Source: Rebecca billardiae RCC1528
Taxonomy: Eukaryota; Protista; Haptophyta
NCBI GenBank assembly: GCA_965240325.2
Contig: OZ251227.1
Location: 1,550,001 to 1,614,000 of the forward strand
Direction of reading: 5' to 3'
Length of the DNA: 64,000 bases
Positions 46,155 to 57,002 of this stretch are shown one piece after another. The translations under genes were made by a program, and so were the position numbers. The notes under the pieces are model-generated. The model saw only the letters and a program-made list of their open reading frames with translations, ran no database searches and was not told the origin of the DNA. Position 1 is the stretch's first letter. Each line of letters starts with the position of its first letter.

Positions 46155-46776
46155 ATGTCCATGGAGCTGGCGGTCGGGGTGGATGACGTGCGCGTGCACG
46201 TGCCGACGGATGACTGGCTCAGCCTGCACCTGCGCCTGGCTGAGGTGTCGACGCTCGACAAGCTCGAGCAGCGCGTGCTGCACGCGCTCGACGGCGAGCG
46301 CCAGCGCGCGCTTCGCCGCCTGCACGACGGCGCGCACGAGGCGTCGGTCGAATGGCGGCGCGCGATGGCGAGCAGCGCGGGCGAGCCGCTCGAGCCGCGC
46401 TCAGCCGACTGGGGCCGCCCGCCGAGGCCGTTTCAGCAGCACCGCCCCGTCCACGCGTGCCTCCTGCAGTACCTGCGCAGCGGCCCGCACATGCTCGCGG
46501 GCGCGCTCGAGCGCGCGGGCCTGCTGCACGCGCGCGGCCCGACCGCGTTCGTCCGGCCGGCCGAGCGCGACGCGATCGCGGTGACGCCGCCGGAGCTCGC
46601 CGGTGCGGTGCTGGCGCTGTTTGGCTCGTTGCACAACCCGCTCGAGGAGCTGCGCTGGCTCGAGCTCGCGCGCGAGCTGTGCGCGCGCCGGCTGGAGCGC
46701 TGCGCGCTGCCTGGCGGCTGGGCAGCCCCCAGCGGCAGCCGCGCCGCTGCCGACGCCAGCGGCGGCGGCGGCGCAG

Positions 46777-46816
<40 letters not shown>

Positions 46817-49282
46817 GTTGGACGAGGCCGCCGACGCCGCCGCGCCCGCGCCGCGCACCGAGCGCTTCGTCGAGCGCCGCGCCTTCGTCCCCGCGCTGCT
46901 GGCGGAGTACCTCCGCCTCGCGCCCGGCGGCTGCCGGCTGCTGCAGGCGCTGCTGGCCGCGCCGCTGTGCGGGGCGCTGCGCGCCGCGGTGGAGAGCGTC
47001 GCGCCGGCGGCGGGCGCGGTGGGCGCGGGCGCCGGCGGCGCCGCGCGCGAGCCGCTCCGCTCGCTCGCGCGCGAGACGTGCTCGCGCATCCTCCGCGCCC
47101 TCCGCGCCCTCGCGCCGCTGCTGCCTGCTGGCATGCGCCAACTGCTGTGGCAGCTGGTGCGCGAGGCGCGCGCGCGCGGCGCGGGGCGCGCGGGCGCGGA
47201 GGCGCTCGCGGCGGAGGTGCTCGTCGCGCTGTGGCTGGCGCCCGCGCTCGAGTCGCCCGCGAGCTACGGCGTGCGCCTCGACGCGGACTGCGCGCCGCAC
47301 GCCGCGCGCGCGGCCGAGCTGATTGCTGCAACCCTGTTTGAGCTAGCGACGCTCGCGCGGGCGCTGGGCGGCGCGGCCGGCGGCGCGGCGGCGGAGGCGG
47401 AGGCCGGGGACGCGTCGGCGGCGGCGGTGGCCGCGGCGGCGATGGGGCGCAGCCCGCACGCGCACATCGACCACCCTCTCGCCGCCGCCGCCGCCGAGAC
47501 GCCCGCCGCCGCCGCCGGCGGCGGACTCGGCGTGCCGGCGGCGGACGGAGGCAGCTTTGCGCTGAGCGGCGGCGGCGGCGACGGTGGCACCTGGCCCGCA
47601 CAGCTGGGCGCGCCCGGCGGCGGCGGCGGCGGCGGCGGCGGCGATCTGCCGCTGAGCGTGCGCGCGCGCGCGCTGCGCGACGCGGTGCGCGCCGTGCTCC
47701 GCCCCACGCCGAGCAGCGCGTCGCTCCCGCCGCTGCGCGCCCTCTCTGCCGGCCTGCCGCCAGTGTCTGTGGTGCTGAGCCTGAGGCAGTTGCTGCTGCT
47801 GCGCCGGCTGCTGCTGCGCAGCCCGGGGGCGGCGCTGGCGGAGCTGAGCGAGGGCGCGCGGCGCGGCGTGGCCGAGTGCCTCGACGCGTGCGCGCGCTGC
47901 CCCGACGCGCTGCTCGTCGAGCACGCCTCCACCGCCGTGGCCTTTTCGATCTCGGCGGGCGCGGACGCGGACCTGCTAGCGCACCCGGCGGGCGGCGCGC
48001 GCGCGGACGCGGCGGCGGGTGGCGCGGCGGCGGGTGGCGCGGCGGAGGCGGCGGGTGGCGCGGCGGGTGGCGCGGCGGGTGGCGCGGCGGGCGACGGCGC
48101 GCTCAGCGCGGTGCAGCTCGCCCACGTGCTCTCCCGGCTCCGCGCGCACGCGCACGCCGCGCACGCGCCGCGCGCGCTCGCGCGCGGCGCCGAGCCGGGC
48201 GGCGGCGCGGCCGAGGCGGGCGGAGGCGCGGCCGAGGCGGGCGGAGGCGGCTGGGGGTGCGAGCTTCAGGACGAGGTGAGCGCGCAGCAGGCGTGCGCGC
48301 ACTCGGGCGGCGTGCTCGCGCTGACGACGCAGCTGCAGCAGATGGCGAACATGCTGCGCGCGCTGCCGCCGCTGCCCGCGCCCGGCGCGCGCGACGACGC
48401 CGCGCGCCGCGCCGCGCCGCTCTGGCGGGCGCTGTGTGCTGAGCTGCGCGGCCGCGAGCGCGCGCTGAGAGCCGCCGTGTGCCGCGGCGCGCACGCGGCG
48501 CGCGCGCTCGAGCTGCTGCAGGAGGCGGCGGCGGTCGCGCGCGCGGACGCGGCGCACATGCGCGCGTGCGCGCTCGGCAGCTACGCAGTGCGCGCCCTCT
48601 ACTCGCGGACATGCGGCGCGGCCGTCGCAGAGTGTGTGCGCGCGGCCGCGCGCGCGCGCGGCGGCGCCGACGCCGACGGCCGCGGCGGCGGCGGCGCCGC
48701 CGACGGATCGGCGGGCGGCGAGGGCGAGGCGTGGTCCGCGCCCGTGGGCGTGGGCCTGGCCGAGAGCCTCCGCGCGCTGAGCGAGACGGTGCTCGCCGCC
48801 GCCTCCGCCCTGCACGGCGCGCACGCGCCGCCGCCCGCGGCCGCCGCGACGCTCGCCGCGCGCCGCGCCGTGCACGAGGCGCTGTATGAGCGACTGTGGA
48901 GCTCGCACGCGGAGGACGCGGCCGGGTTCGGGGGCGGGGGCGCGCGCGTGGGGCGCGCGGCGGCGTGCGCGCAGCTCGGCGTGCCGCCGGAGCACGCGCG
49001 CGCCGCGCCCGCGCTCGAGCCGATCATCGCCCTCGAGCTCGCGCGGCTGCGCAGCGCGCGCGCGCCCGCAGACAAGGCGGGCTGCATCGGCCGCGCGTGG
49101 GCGTTGGTGCTGGGCGCGGCGGCGGCGGCGGCGGAGGGCGCGTGGGACGCGGGCGCGCTCGCGGTGCGCCCGCCGGCGCTCGCCGCGGACGGCAGCGCGC
49201 GCGCGGCGGACGCCGCGGTCGCGGACGCCGCCGCCGCCGAGTGCGCACACTCTGCTCTCCTGCCGCCTCAGCTCACCGCCAT

Positions 49283-49339
<57 letters not shown>

Positions 49340-50390
49340 CGGCGGCGGCTCGGCAGACGACGTGGAGAGCGCGATGGCGGACCACGTGGGGCTGATGGCG
49401 CTGGTGCTGGTGCGCGCCTCGCCCCGCTCCGTCCTCGCCGACGCGCACTACGCCCTCGCCCACCTCTCCGACGACGAGTGGGGCGCGCAGCCGCACGCGC
49501 GCGAGCGGGCGCGCGCGCTGTGCTCGGCCGCTGTGCCGCTGTTCGTAACCGCTGCGTATCGCGCGTGCAACGTGCGCGCGGCGCCGCACGGCGGCGCGGG
49601 GGTGGGCGCGGCGCCGCCCGCGAGGAGGGCCGACGAGGCCGAGGACGAGTGGCTGCTCGCCGTCGGGCCGAGCCGCCGCCGCCCCCGCGCGGACACAGCC
49701 GCCGCCGCGGGCGCTGAGCGCGGCGCGGCCGAGGTGGCCGGGCGTGCCTGCACTGGACGTGCTGGCGGCGCACGCGGCGCGGAGGCGGAGGCGGAGGCGG
49801 AGGACGAGGCGTGGGAGCTGCTGCCGATGGAGAGCAGCGAGGAGGAGGCGGACGAGACGGAGGAGGAGGAGGGCGAGGGCGAGGGCGACGCCGCGGACGC
49901 GCACGCGCGCACGCACGACGACGGCGGCGGCGACGACGGCGGCGCGCGCCGCGCCGCGCACGGCGCGCCGCGCGCGCGACCGCGCGTGTCCGCGGGGCGA
50001 GCCTTCGCATCGCTGCGCACCGCGCTCGCGCTGGAGGCGACGCTGACGCGCGTGCTCGACGCGCAGCGCGCGGACTCGCACGCGCGCGAGCTGCAGCAGT
50101 GGAGCCTTGCCTACGGCCTGCGTCGGGAGGAGGAGGGCTTGGCGCGGCTCATCGCCGCGTGGGCACACGGCGAGTCGGCAGAAGCGCCGCCGGAGCCGGC
50201 TGAGGCGGCGGCGGGCGGCGGCGGGGCTGGTGGTGGTGCTGCCGCTGGGGAGGGCCCGGCGCTCCTCGCCTTTGGCCCGCGCAGCGCGCACGCCGCGCTC
50301 ATCGAGCTGCTCCGCGCACGGCCAGAGTACCTGTGCCGAGCGTTTGAGGCGCGCGGCTGGCTCTCGGCAGCGCCCGGCGGCGGCGGTGGA

Positions 50391-50435
<45 letters not shown>

Positions 50436-52633
50436 GCGGAGGGCGGCAGCGCGGCGGTGGCGATGGCGGCGGACGCGCAGGCGGCGCTGATGGCGCGCAT
50501 CCTCACCGTCGCGCTGCACGGCGGCCACCCCGAGCGCGGCGCGGACCTCGTCATCGCCGTCACCACCGCGACGCTGGAGCACGCGCTGCGCGGCGGCAGC
50601 GCGCGCGGCGCCGCCGCGCCGTCGCGCGCCGCCGCCGCGCTGCCCGCGGGGTGCTTCGCCGCGGACCTGCTCGCGTCGCACCTGCGGCAGCTGCCGTGCG
50701 CGCGCCGCTTCCTGCAGTGCGCGCTCGCGCACGTGCTGGAGACGCTGCTCGCCTCGCCCGGCCTCGACCTCTCATGCGATTTGGTGTCGATCCTGCACGC
50801 GCTCAGCGGCGCCGAGGCGGAGGCGGTGGCGGCGCAGCCGGGGCTAGTGCAGCGCGGCGGCGGCGGCGGCGGCGCGGCAGCGGGCGCGGGCGCGCGCGCG
50901 GCGCTCGGCGCCGCGGCGCGCGCCGCCACCGACCCCGCCGCGCACGACCCGGCCGCCGCCGCGCGCCTCGCCGACGCCCTCCGCTCTCACCCGGCCGTCT
51001 CTGCAAAGCTGTCGGAGCGCGCGGCCGCGCTGAGCTCCGCGTGCGAACTGCTGCTGCATGCGCTCTCCGCCGCCGCGGGCGCGCGCGCGCCGCACGGCGC
51101 GCCGCCGGGCGCGTGCGCGCTGCTCTCGCGCGTGCGCGACGACGTCGCCGCGCGCTGCGCCCTCGACGCCGCCTCCGCCGACGCGCTCGCCGCGTGGGTG
51201 GTCGCCGCCTCGTGGCTGGGCCCCGCGCTGCGCGCGCCGCACGCGTACGCGCTCGCGCTGCGGTGCGAGGTGGGCGCGCGCGCGCAGCGCAACCTGGACG
51301 CGCTCGGCGCGGCGTTGCTCGGCGCGGCGCGCGGCGGCGCCGAGGGCGCGCCCGTGGGCGCGGCCCCGCGCGCCGCGCCGCAGCTGCGCGCTCTCGTGCA
51401 GCGGCTGCTCAGCGCGGGCGCGCACGCGCGCGCGCTCGGCGCGGACGACGGCGGCGGCGGCGGCGGCGCGGCCGCGGCCGCGGCGGCGCACGCCGTGCCG
51501 CCGCCGCCGGTGCTACTCACGCGCCGCGCGTTCGCCACGCTCTGGGCGCTGGCGCGGCGCGCGCGCGAGCTCGACGCGCCGCCGCTGCCCACGGACGGCC
51601 GCCTGGACCGGCTGCTGCACGCGACGCGCGCGGACGCACAGGCGTGGCACGGCCGAGTCGGCGGCGCGCCCGGCGGCGGCGGCGGCGGCGGCGGCGGTGC
51701 GGGCGCCGAGCAGGGGCCGAAGCTCGTGCTGCTGCGCACGCCCGTGCCGCGCGCGGAGGGCGCCGATGGTTTACGGCGCGGCTCCGCCGACGACACCGAC
51801 GACGCCGACGACGACGCGGACGACGGCGCGTGCGCGCGCGCGTGGCGGCGCGCGGCCGCGGCGGACGGCGGCGCGCTCGGCGCCACGGCCGCGGCCGCGT
51901 GCGCGGCCGCGCCGTGCGCGCGCGCGCTCGCGCACGCGCGCGGCGCGAGCGCGGAGCGCGCGCTGCGCCGCGCGGCCGCGGCGCGCGCGCTCGGCGGCGA
52001 CACGCTCGGCGCGCACGGCTTGCTCCTCCTCGCGCGCGCGCCGCGCGGCGCGGACGGCGGCGCCGCGGCGGCGTGGGCGCGCGCCTCGGCCGCGCGCGTG
52101 CGCGCCGCGCGCGCCGCGAGCCGCGCCGCTTACCTCGCGCTGGCGGAGGCGCAGCGCGAGGCGGCGGCGCTGGGCGAGGCGCTTCCCGCGAAGCGGCGCG
52201 CGGCGCACGCGGTCGCGTGGGCGCGCGCCGAGCGCCTCCCCGCGCTCTCCGCCGCCGTCTCCGCGCTGACCGACGAGCTGCGCGCGGAGCTGCCGCCCAC
52301 GCCGCCGCACCTCTGCCGCTGCTTCCCGCCGCATCAGAGGGTGTGCGCGCTGGAGCGCGCGAAGCGGCGGCACGTGGAGGCGCGGCTGGCGAGGCTGCAG
52401 GCGCTCGTGCCCGCGGCGATGGCGGCGCTCGAGCGCGCCGGCGGCGCCGAGGCGGCGGGCGCGCAGCCCGCCGCGCCCGCGCACACGCCGCAGCCGCCGC
52501 CGGGCGCGGGCGCGGCGCGCGAGCAGCAGCAGGGGCAGCAGGGGCAGCAGGGCGCGCCGACGGCCGCGGCGGAGCCGGGCTCGCACCTCGCGGGGCTGAG
52601 CGCGGGCGGCGGCGGCGGCCCGCCGCAGCAGGC

Positions 52634-52664
<31 letters not shown>

Positions 52665-53350
52665 GTGTGCGCCTCCGCCGCCGCCGCGGCGCAGCAGGCA
52701 GTGCTGAGCGCGTCCGCGGCGGGCGGCGGCGCGAGCGGCGCGCTCGGCTGGCGGCATGCGGCGGACGGCGCGGGCCACAGGGGGCGCGCGCTCTCGCTCG
52801 GCGGCGCGGGCTCGGACGGCGGCGGCTGGGGCGGCGCGCGGCCGCCGAGCGCGCCGCTCAGCGCGTTCGAGGCCGGCGTCGCCTCCGCGCTGCGCCGGCG
52901 CGTGCTGCGCGCGGTGCACGCGCGGCTGTGGGTCCGGCTGCCGCACGGCGCGGCGTTCGACGCGCACGTGGGAGAGCTGCACGCGGTGGTGTGCGCGCGG
53001 CAGCTGGGCGTGCGCCGCGCGCTCGCGGACGCGGAGCTGTGGGCGCCCGCGGTCGCCGAGCTGTGCTCCCTCTCCGCCGCCGAGTCCGCGCAGGACGCGC
53101 TCGACGTCGTCGTGCGCACGTGGGACTGCGCGCTCGGCGTGCTCGGCGTGACCGAGCTGCACGCGTCTGCCGACGACTTCCTGCCGCTGATGGCTTACGT
53201 GGTGGTGCGCGCCAAGGTGCCCGGGCTGCTCTCGTGGCTGCACGCCATCTCGGCCTACGCCGTGCGCTCCGACTCGTCGGAGATGTGGCTGTGCCATTTC
53301 ATGGCGGCGGTGGGCTTCATCGCGCAGCTGCAGCCGGTGCGACCCGGCCA

Positions 53351-53422
<72 letters not shown>

Positions 53423-54815
53423 GGAGCTGGTGGCCGCGCCCGCCGCCGCTGCCGACGAGCCGCAGCTGCCGGGCGGGCGCGAGCCGTCGCTCTGGCCCGA
53501 GCCGCCGCCGCCGCCGGCGGGCGACAGCGAGGAGGAGGAGGAGGACGAGGAGGAGGGCGGACACGCACACGGCTCCTTCAGAGCTGCGGGCGGCGGCGGC
53601 GGCGGCGCCGGCGCCGGCAGCGGCGCCGGCTGGCTGGAGCGCGCGCTGCGCCGCGCGCAGCAGCAGGCGGCGGCCGCCGCCGCCGCCGCTTCCGCCGCGC
53701 CGCTCGCGCCGCCGTCGCAGCAGCAGATGGCGCGGCGCGTGTCGGCGTCGGCCGTCAGCGCTTCGAGCCAGCTCGAGCGCGCGCGCGCGCGCGGCGACGC
53801 GGCGGCAGGCGCGCGCGGCGCGCCGCTCGCGCGCGCGGCCACGGTCGCGGACGCGCGCGGCGCGCAGCCGCACCCCGGCGGCGAGCGAGCGCCGCCGCCG
53901 CGCGGCGCCGAGGGCGGCGGCGGCGCGCTCGCGCGCACGCTCACCGCCACGGGTGCCGACTCTGCGAGCGCGCACGCGGACGCGCACGGCGCGCCCGTGC
54001 CGCCGAGCAGCGCCCACCCGGCCGGGCAGCCTCGCAGCCACGCGCCCGCCCCGCGCACGGGCTGGTCGGAGGGCGTGCGCGCGGAGCTCGCGCTGATGGG
54101 CCTCCGCCCCGACGCGATCGAGGCGGCGGCGCGCGTGCTGCCCGCCGCGGACGGCGAGCGCGCCGCCGACGCTGCGCTGCACGCGGAGGCGCTCCTCGCC
54201 GAGGGCTCGAGCGTCGCGCACGCGGAGGCGGAGCTGCTGCACTCGCTGCTCGAGGTGCGGCCGCGGCGGCGCGCTCGCGCGGACGGCGCCTCGCTGCCGG
54301 CGCCACGTGGGCGGGCGGCCGACAGGCGTGCGCAGCGCTCGCCCCACCGCGCGCGCCGCTGCTCACGCGCGCGCGCCGCCCCCGCGCGCGCGCCGCGCGC
54401 CGCGCAGGAGCACCGCTGCGCCGAGCTGCTCCAGCTCTTCGCCGCGGAGGACGTCAGCGCCGCCGTGCGCTCGGCAGACGGCCGCGTGGACGCGGACGCC
54501 ATCGTGAGCTTCTGCTCCGCCCTGAGCGGCCTGCGCGAGATGGGCTTCACCGACGGGCAGCGCACGCGCGACGCGCTGCTGAGCACGCGCGGCGAGCAGG
54601 GGATGGCGGTGCAGCTGCTCGTCGAGCTCGACCGACAGGCATCGTTGGGCTCATCCGCGGCGGCAGAAGAGGCCGCGCCGGGTGCGGCTGGCGCCGCGGG
54701 CCTCGTCGGCGACGACGACGTGCCGAACGAGCTGCCCGAGCGCGCGCTGGGACAATCGGCCGCCGGCTTGGATGCAGAGGTGGACGGCGATGACGAGACG
54801 CTGGAGCGGTGCTGA
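46155..54815 (+). CDS. Giant GAPVD1/GAPex-5-like protein: RasGAP-like and VPS9 modules in tandem, C-terminal UBA (in-frame intron ~54255-54407)
   Basis: VPS9 motif SADDFLPLMAYVVVRAKVPGL; degenerate first VPS9 ELARLRSARAPADKAGCI..LVLVRASP; RasGAP-like LPAGMRQL..LWLAPALESPASYG and ..SWLGPALRAPHAYA; UBA LREMGFTDGQRTRDALL; many poly-Gly/Ala tracts. Confidence 0.72.
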
Positions 54816-55026
54816 GCCTGAATGTCGGACAACGCGATGTGCTGCTGAGCCGCCGCGCCGTCATCTGTGTTCAGGACTTGCGCGGTGCGCGCCGCATCGC
54901 CATCGGATGGCGCGCAACTCACTAATGACGAATAGTAGTAGTAGTCAGCAGTAGTCGTCGTCGTATGCCATCGTGACGACTCATTATTATGATATGATGC
55001 ATGATATGATGATGCTGACGCGTCCT

Positions 55027-55564
55027 ATTGACAATATATGATGACTTATTATTCAACGACGAGAAATATATAATATGTCATCCTGATGTGACTGATGATG
55101 TGTCGCATCCCGACGCATCCGTCCATCCGTGCCATCCGGGCATCCGACCACCTCCGAATAGGTCGCGTTATTCAGACTCTATTTTTACTATACATATATA
55201 ATTACGACCCGTCCCTTACTCAGATTTTAGCACAGTCCGGGAGCGTTCCGAACACCTGTACGCATATGCGAAATTGTCACCCGGATTGGGTATTTAGTTA
55301 TCTGCTAGACAATAGAGTCTGAACCTATTGGAGGTCCCAGGGCTGATCAGATATTACCATCCATTGACTGTGATCTGGCCGTAATATCGGCCAAGCCCAA
55401 GGGACCGCTTGGGGTGGTCTAGGAGCTAGTGTAGATCATCGTCAGAGGCAGCAATCCCGCCGATTGCAGTGACATACAGTGTCAAGGACAAGGTGATGTA
55501 ACGCTCCAGTGCCCCGGACGACTACGCGGGGGGCGGGTCCGCCCGGAGGCGAAGCCGCGGAGCC
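55027..55564 (-). mobile_element. Degenerate, inverted, truncated second copy of the 470-bp element
   Basis: Colinear with the reverse complement of 36676-37045 (e.g. TAGAGTCTGAACCTATTGGAGGT, CAAGGGACCGC, TAGGAGCTA, GTAACGCTCCA), interrupted by many short insertions. Confidence 0.8.
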
Positions 55565-55636
55565 ATGAATATATGGAGTTATAATATATATATATATATA
55601 TATATGTGGCGTTATAACGGAGTTATAACCGAGTGT

Positions 55637-56474
55637 GTCGGGAGGCTGGAAAGGCAACGCGCAGCTGGTGGACAAGGGCCGCCATCGTCTTCTAGGTCCT
55701 GCAGGTAGTTGCAGTCGATTTCCGGAGCTCATCGGCCACGGAGCTATCCTTTATCATCATCATGGCGGGCGCTGGTCCTTTCATATCGGCCAACCACACT
55801 GGCTCCTCTGTAAGTACCCGCTCCTCTCCACTATCCGGCGCTCGAGATCATATACAAGGTCATCTTAAGTCGGCGTGGCAACTTACCAAAGTTCATATCA
55901 AGCAGCCCACCTAGCAGAGCTCGCTCGATCATCGGTTACACGACCTTTCGGGCCGAGCTGCTCATCTCTCGGCAGCCCCTGCTTCGGCCTGCGCATCTGC
56001 AAAGCCCGAGGTCCCGCCATCTCCTCTGCGTTCTTTGCTTGTGCTCGTTGCGAAAGTCGGGAGGCTGGAAAGGCAACGCGCAGCTGGTGGACAAGGGCCG
56101 CCATCGTCTTCTAGGTCCTGCAGGTAGTTGCAGTCGATTTCCGGAGCTCATCGGCCACGGAGCTATCCTTTATCATCATCATGGCGGGCGCTGGTCCTTT
56201 CATATCGGCCAACCACACTGGCTCCTCTGTAAGTACCCGCTCCTCTCCACTATCCGGCGCTCGAGATCATATACAAGGTCATCTTAAGTCGGCGTGGCAA
56301 CTTACCAAAGTTCATATCAAGCAGCCCACCTAGCAGAGCTCGCTCGATCATCGGTTACACGACCTTTCGGGCCGAGCTGCTCATCTCTCGGCAGCCCCTG
56401 CTTCGGCCTGCGCATCTGCAAAGCCCGAGGTCCCGCCATCTCCTCTGCGTTCTTTGCTTGTGCTCGTTGCGAAA
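55637..56474. repeat. Tandem duplication, 2 x 419 bp, apparently identical
   Basis: Units start GTCGGGAGGCTGGAAAGG at 55637 and 56056; the ORF translations are duplicated. Confidence 0.92.
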
Positions 56475-56821
56475 CCCGCCATCCGCCCCTGCAGCCTCCG
56501 TTGTGGTTGACAACCTGCTTGTCGTCAGGCCTGTGAGTGCTGCGCTTGCCTGAGCCAGGGACCTTGCTGCCACACGCTGGCGCAGTCTGCGCGCAGCTTT
56601 GGCACCGTCGGCTCAGTCGCTCTTCCCGTTCAGCCAGGGACAAATCCCCACCACGCGCAAGTATATATTTATACATCACCATTTCGGCATGGTGTGTATC
56701 GGCATTTGCTGCATGCTCGCATATATGCTGCAATACCTGCCCTCGCATGCACATCACGCAGACTGTGGGTGATGTTCGTCCATACTCAATGGCGTCGCGT
56801 CGCTCTTCATGCAGGAGGACA

Positions 56822-56935
56822 CATATATATATATATGTCGACGTATATGTATGTCGTATGCTTGTACGTCGTATGTATGTATGCATGTATGTACAGAGAG
56901 AGAGACAGAGACAGAGAGAGAGAGAGAGAGAGACT

Positions 56936-56963
<28 letters not shown>
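56822..56963. repeat. Compound microsatellite (TA / TATG / GA)
   Basis: Seen directly. Confidence 0.85.
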
Positions 56964-56966
<3 letters not shown>

Positions 56967-57002
56967 CGGCCGCTCGCGGCGCGCCGCCGCGCGCTGGCCA
57001 GA

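Noticed and set aside
50651-54793. Very long alternative-frame and antisense ORFs (e.g. 1380 aa, 918 aa, 858 aa) and most other short ORFs in the track
   Set aside because: Arg/Ala/Pro-rich shadows of real genes; stop codons are rare at this GC content.
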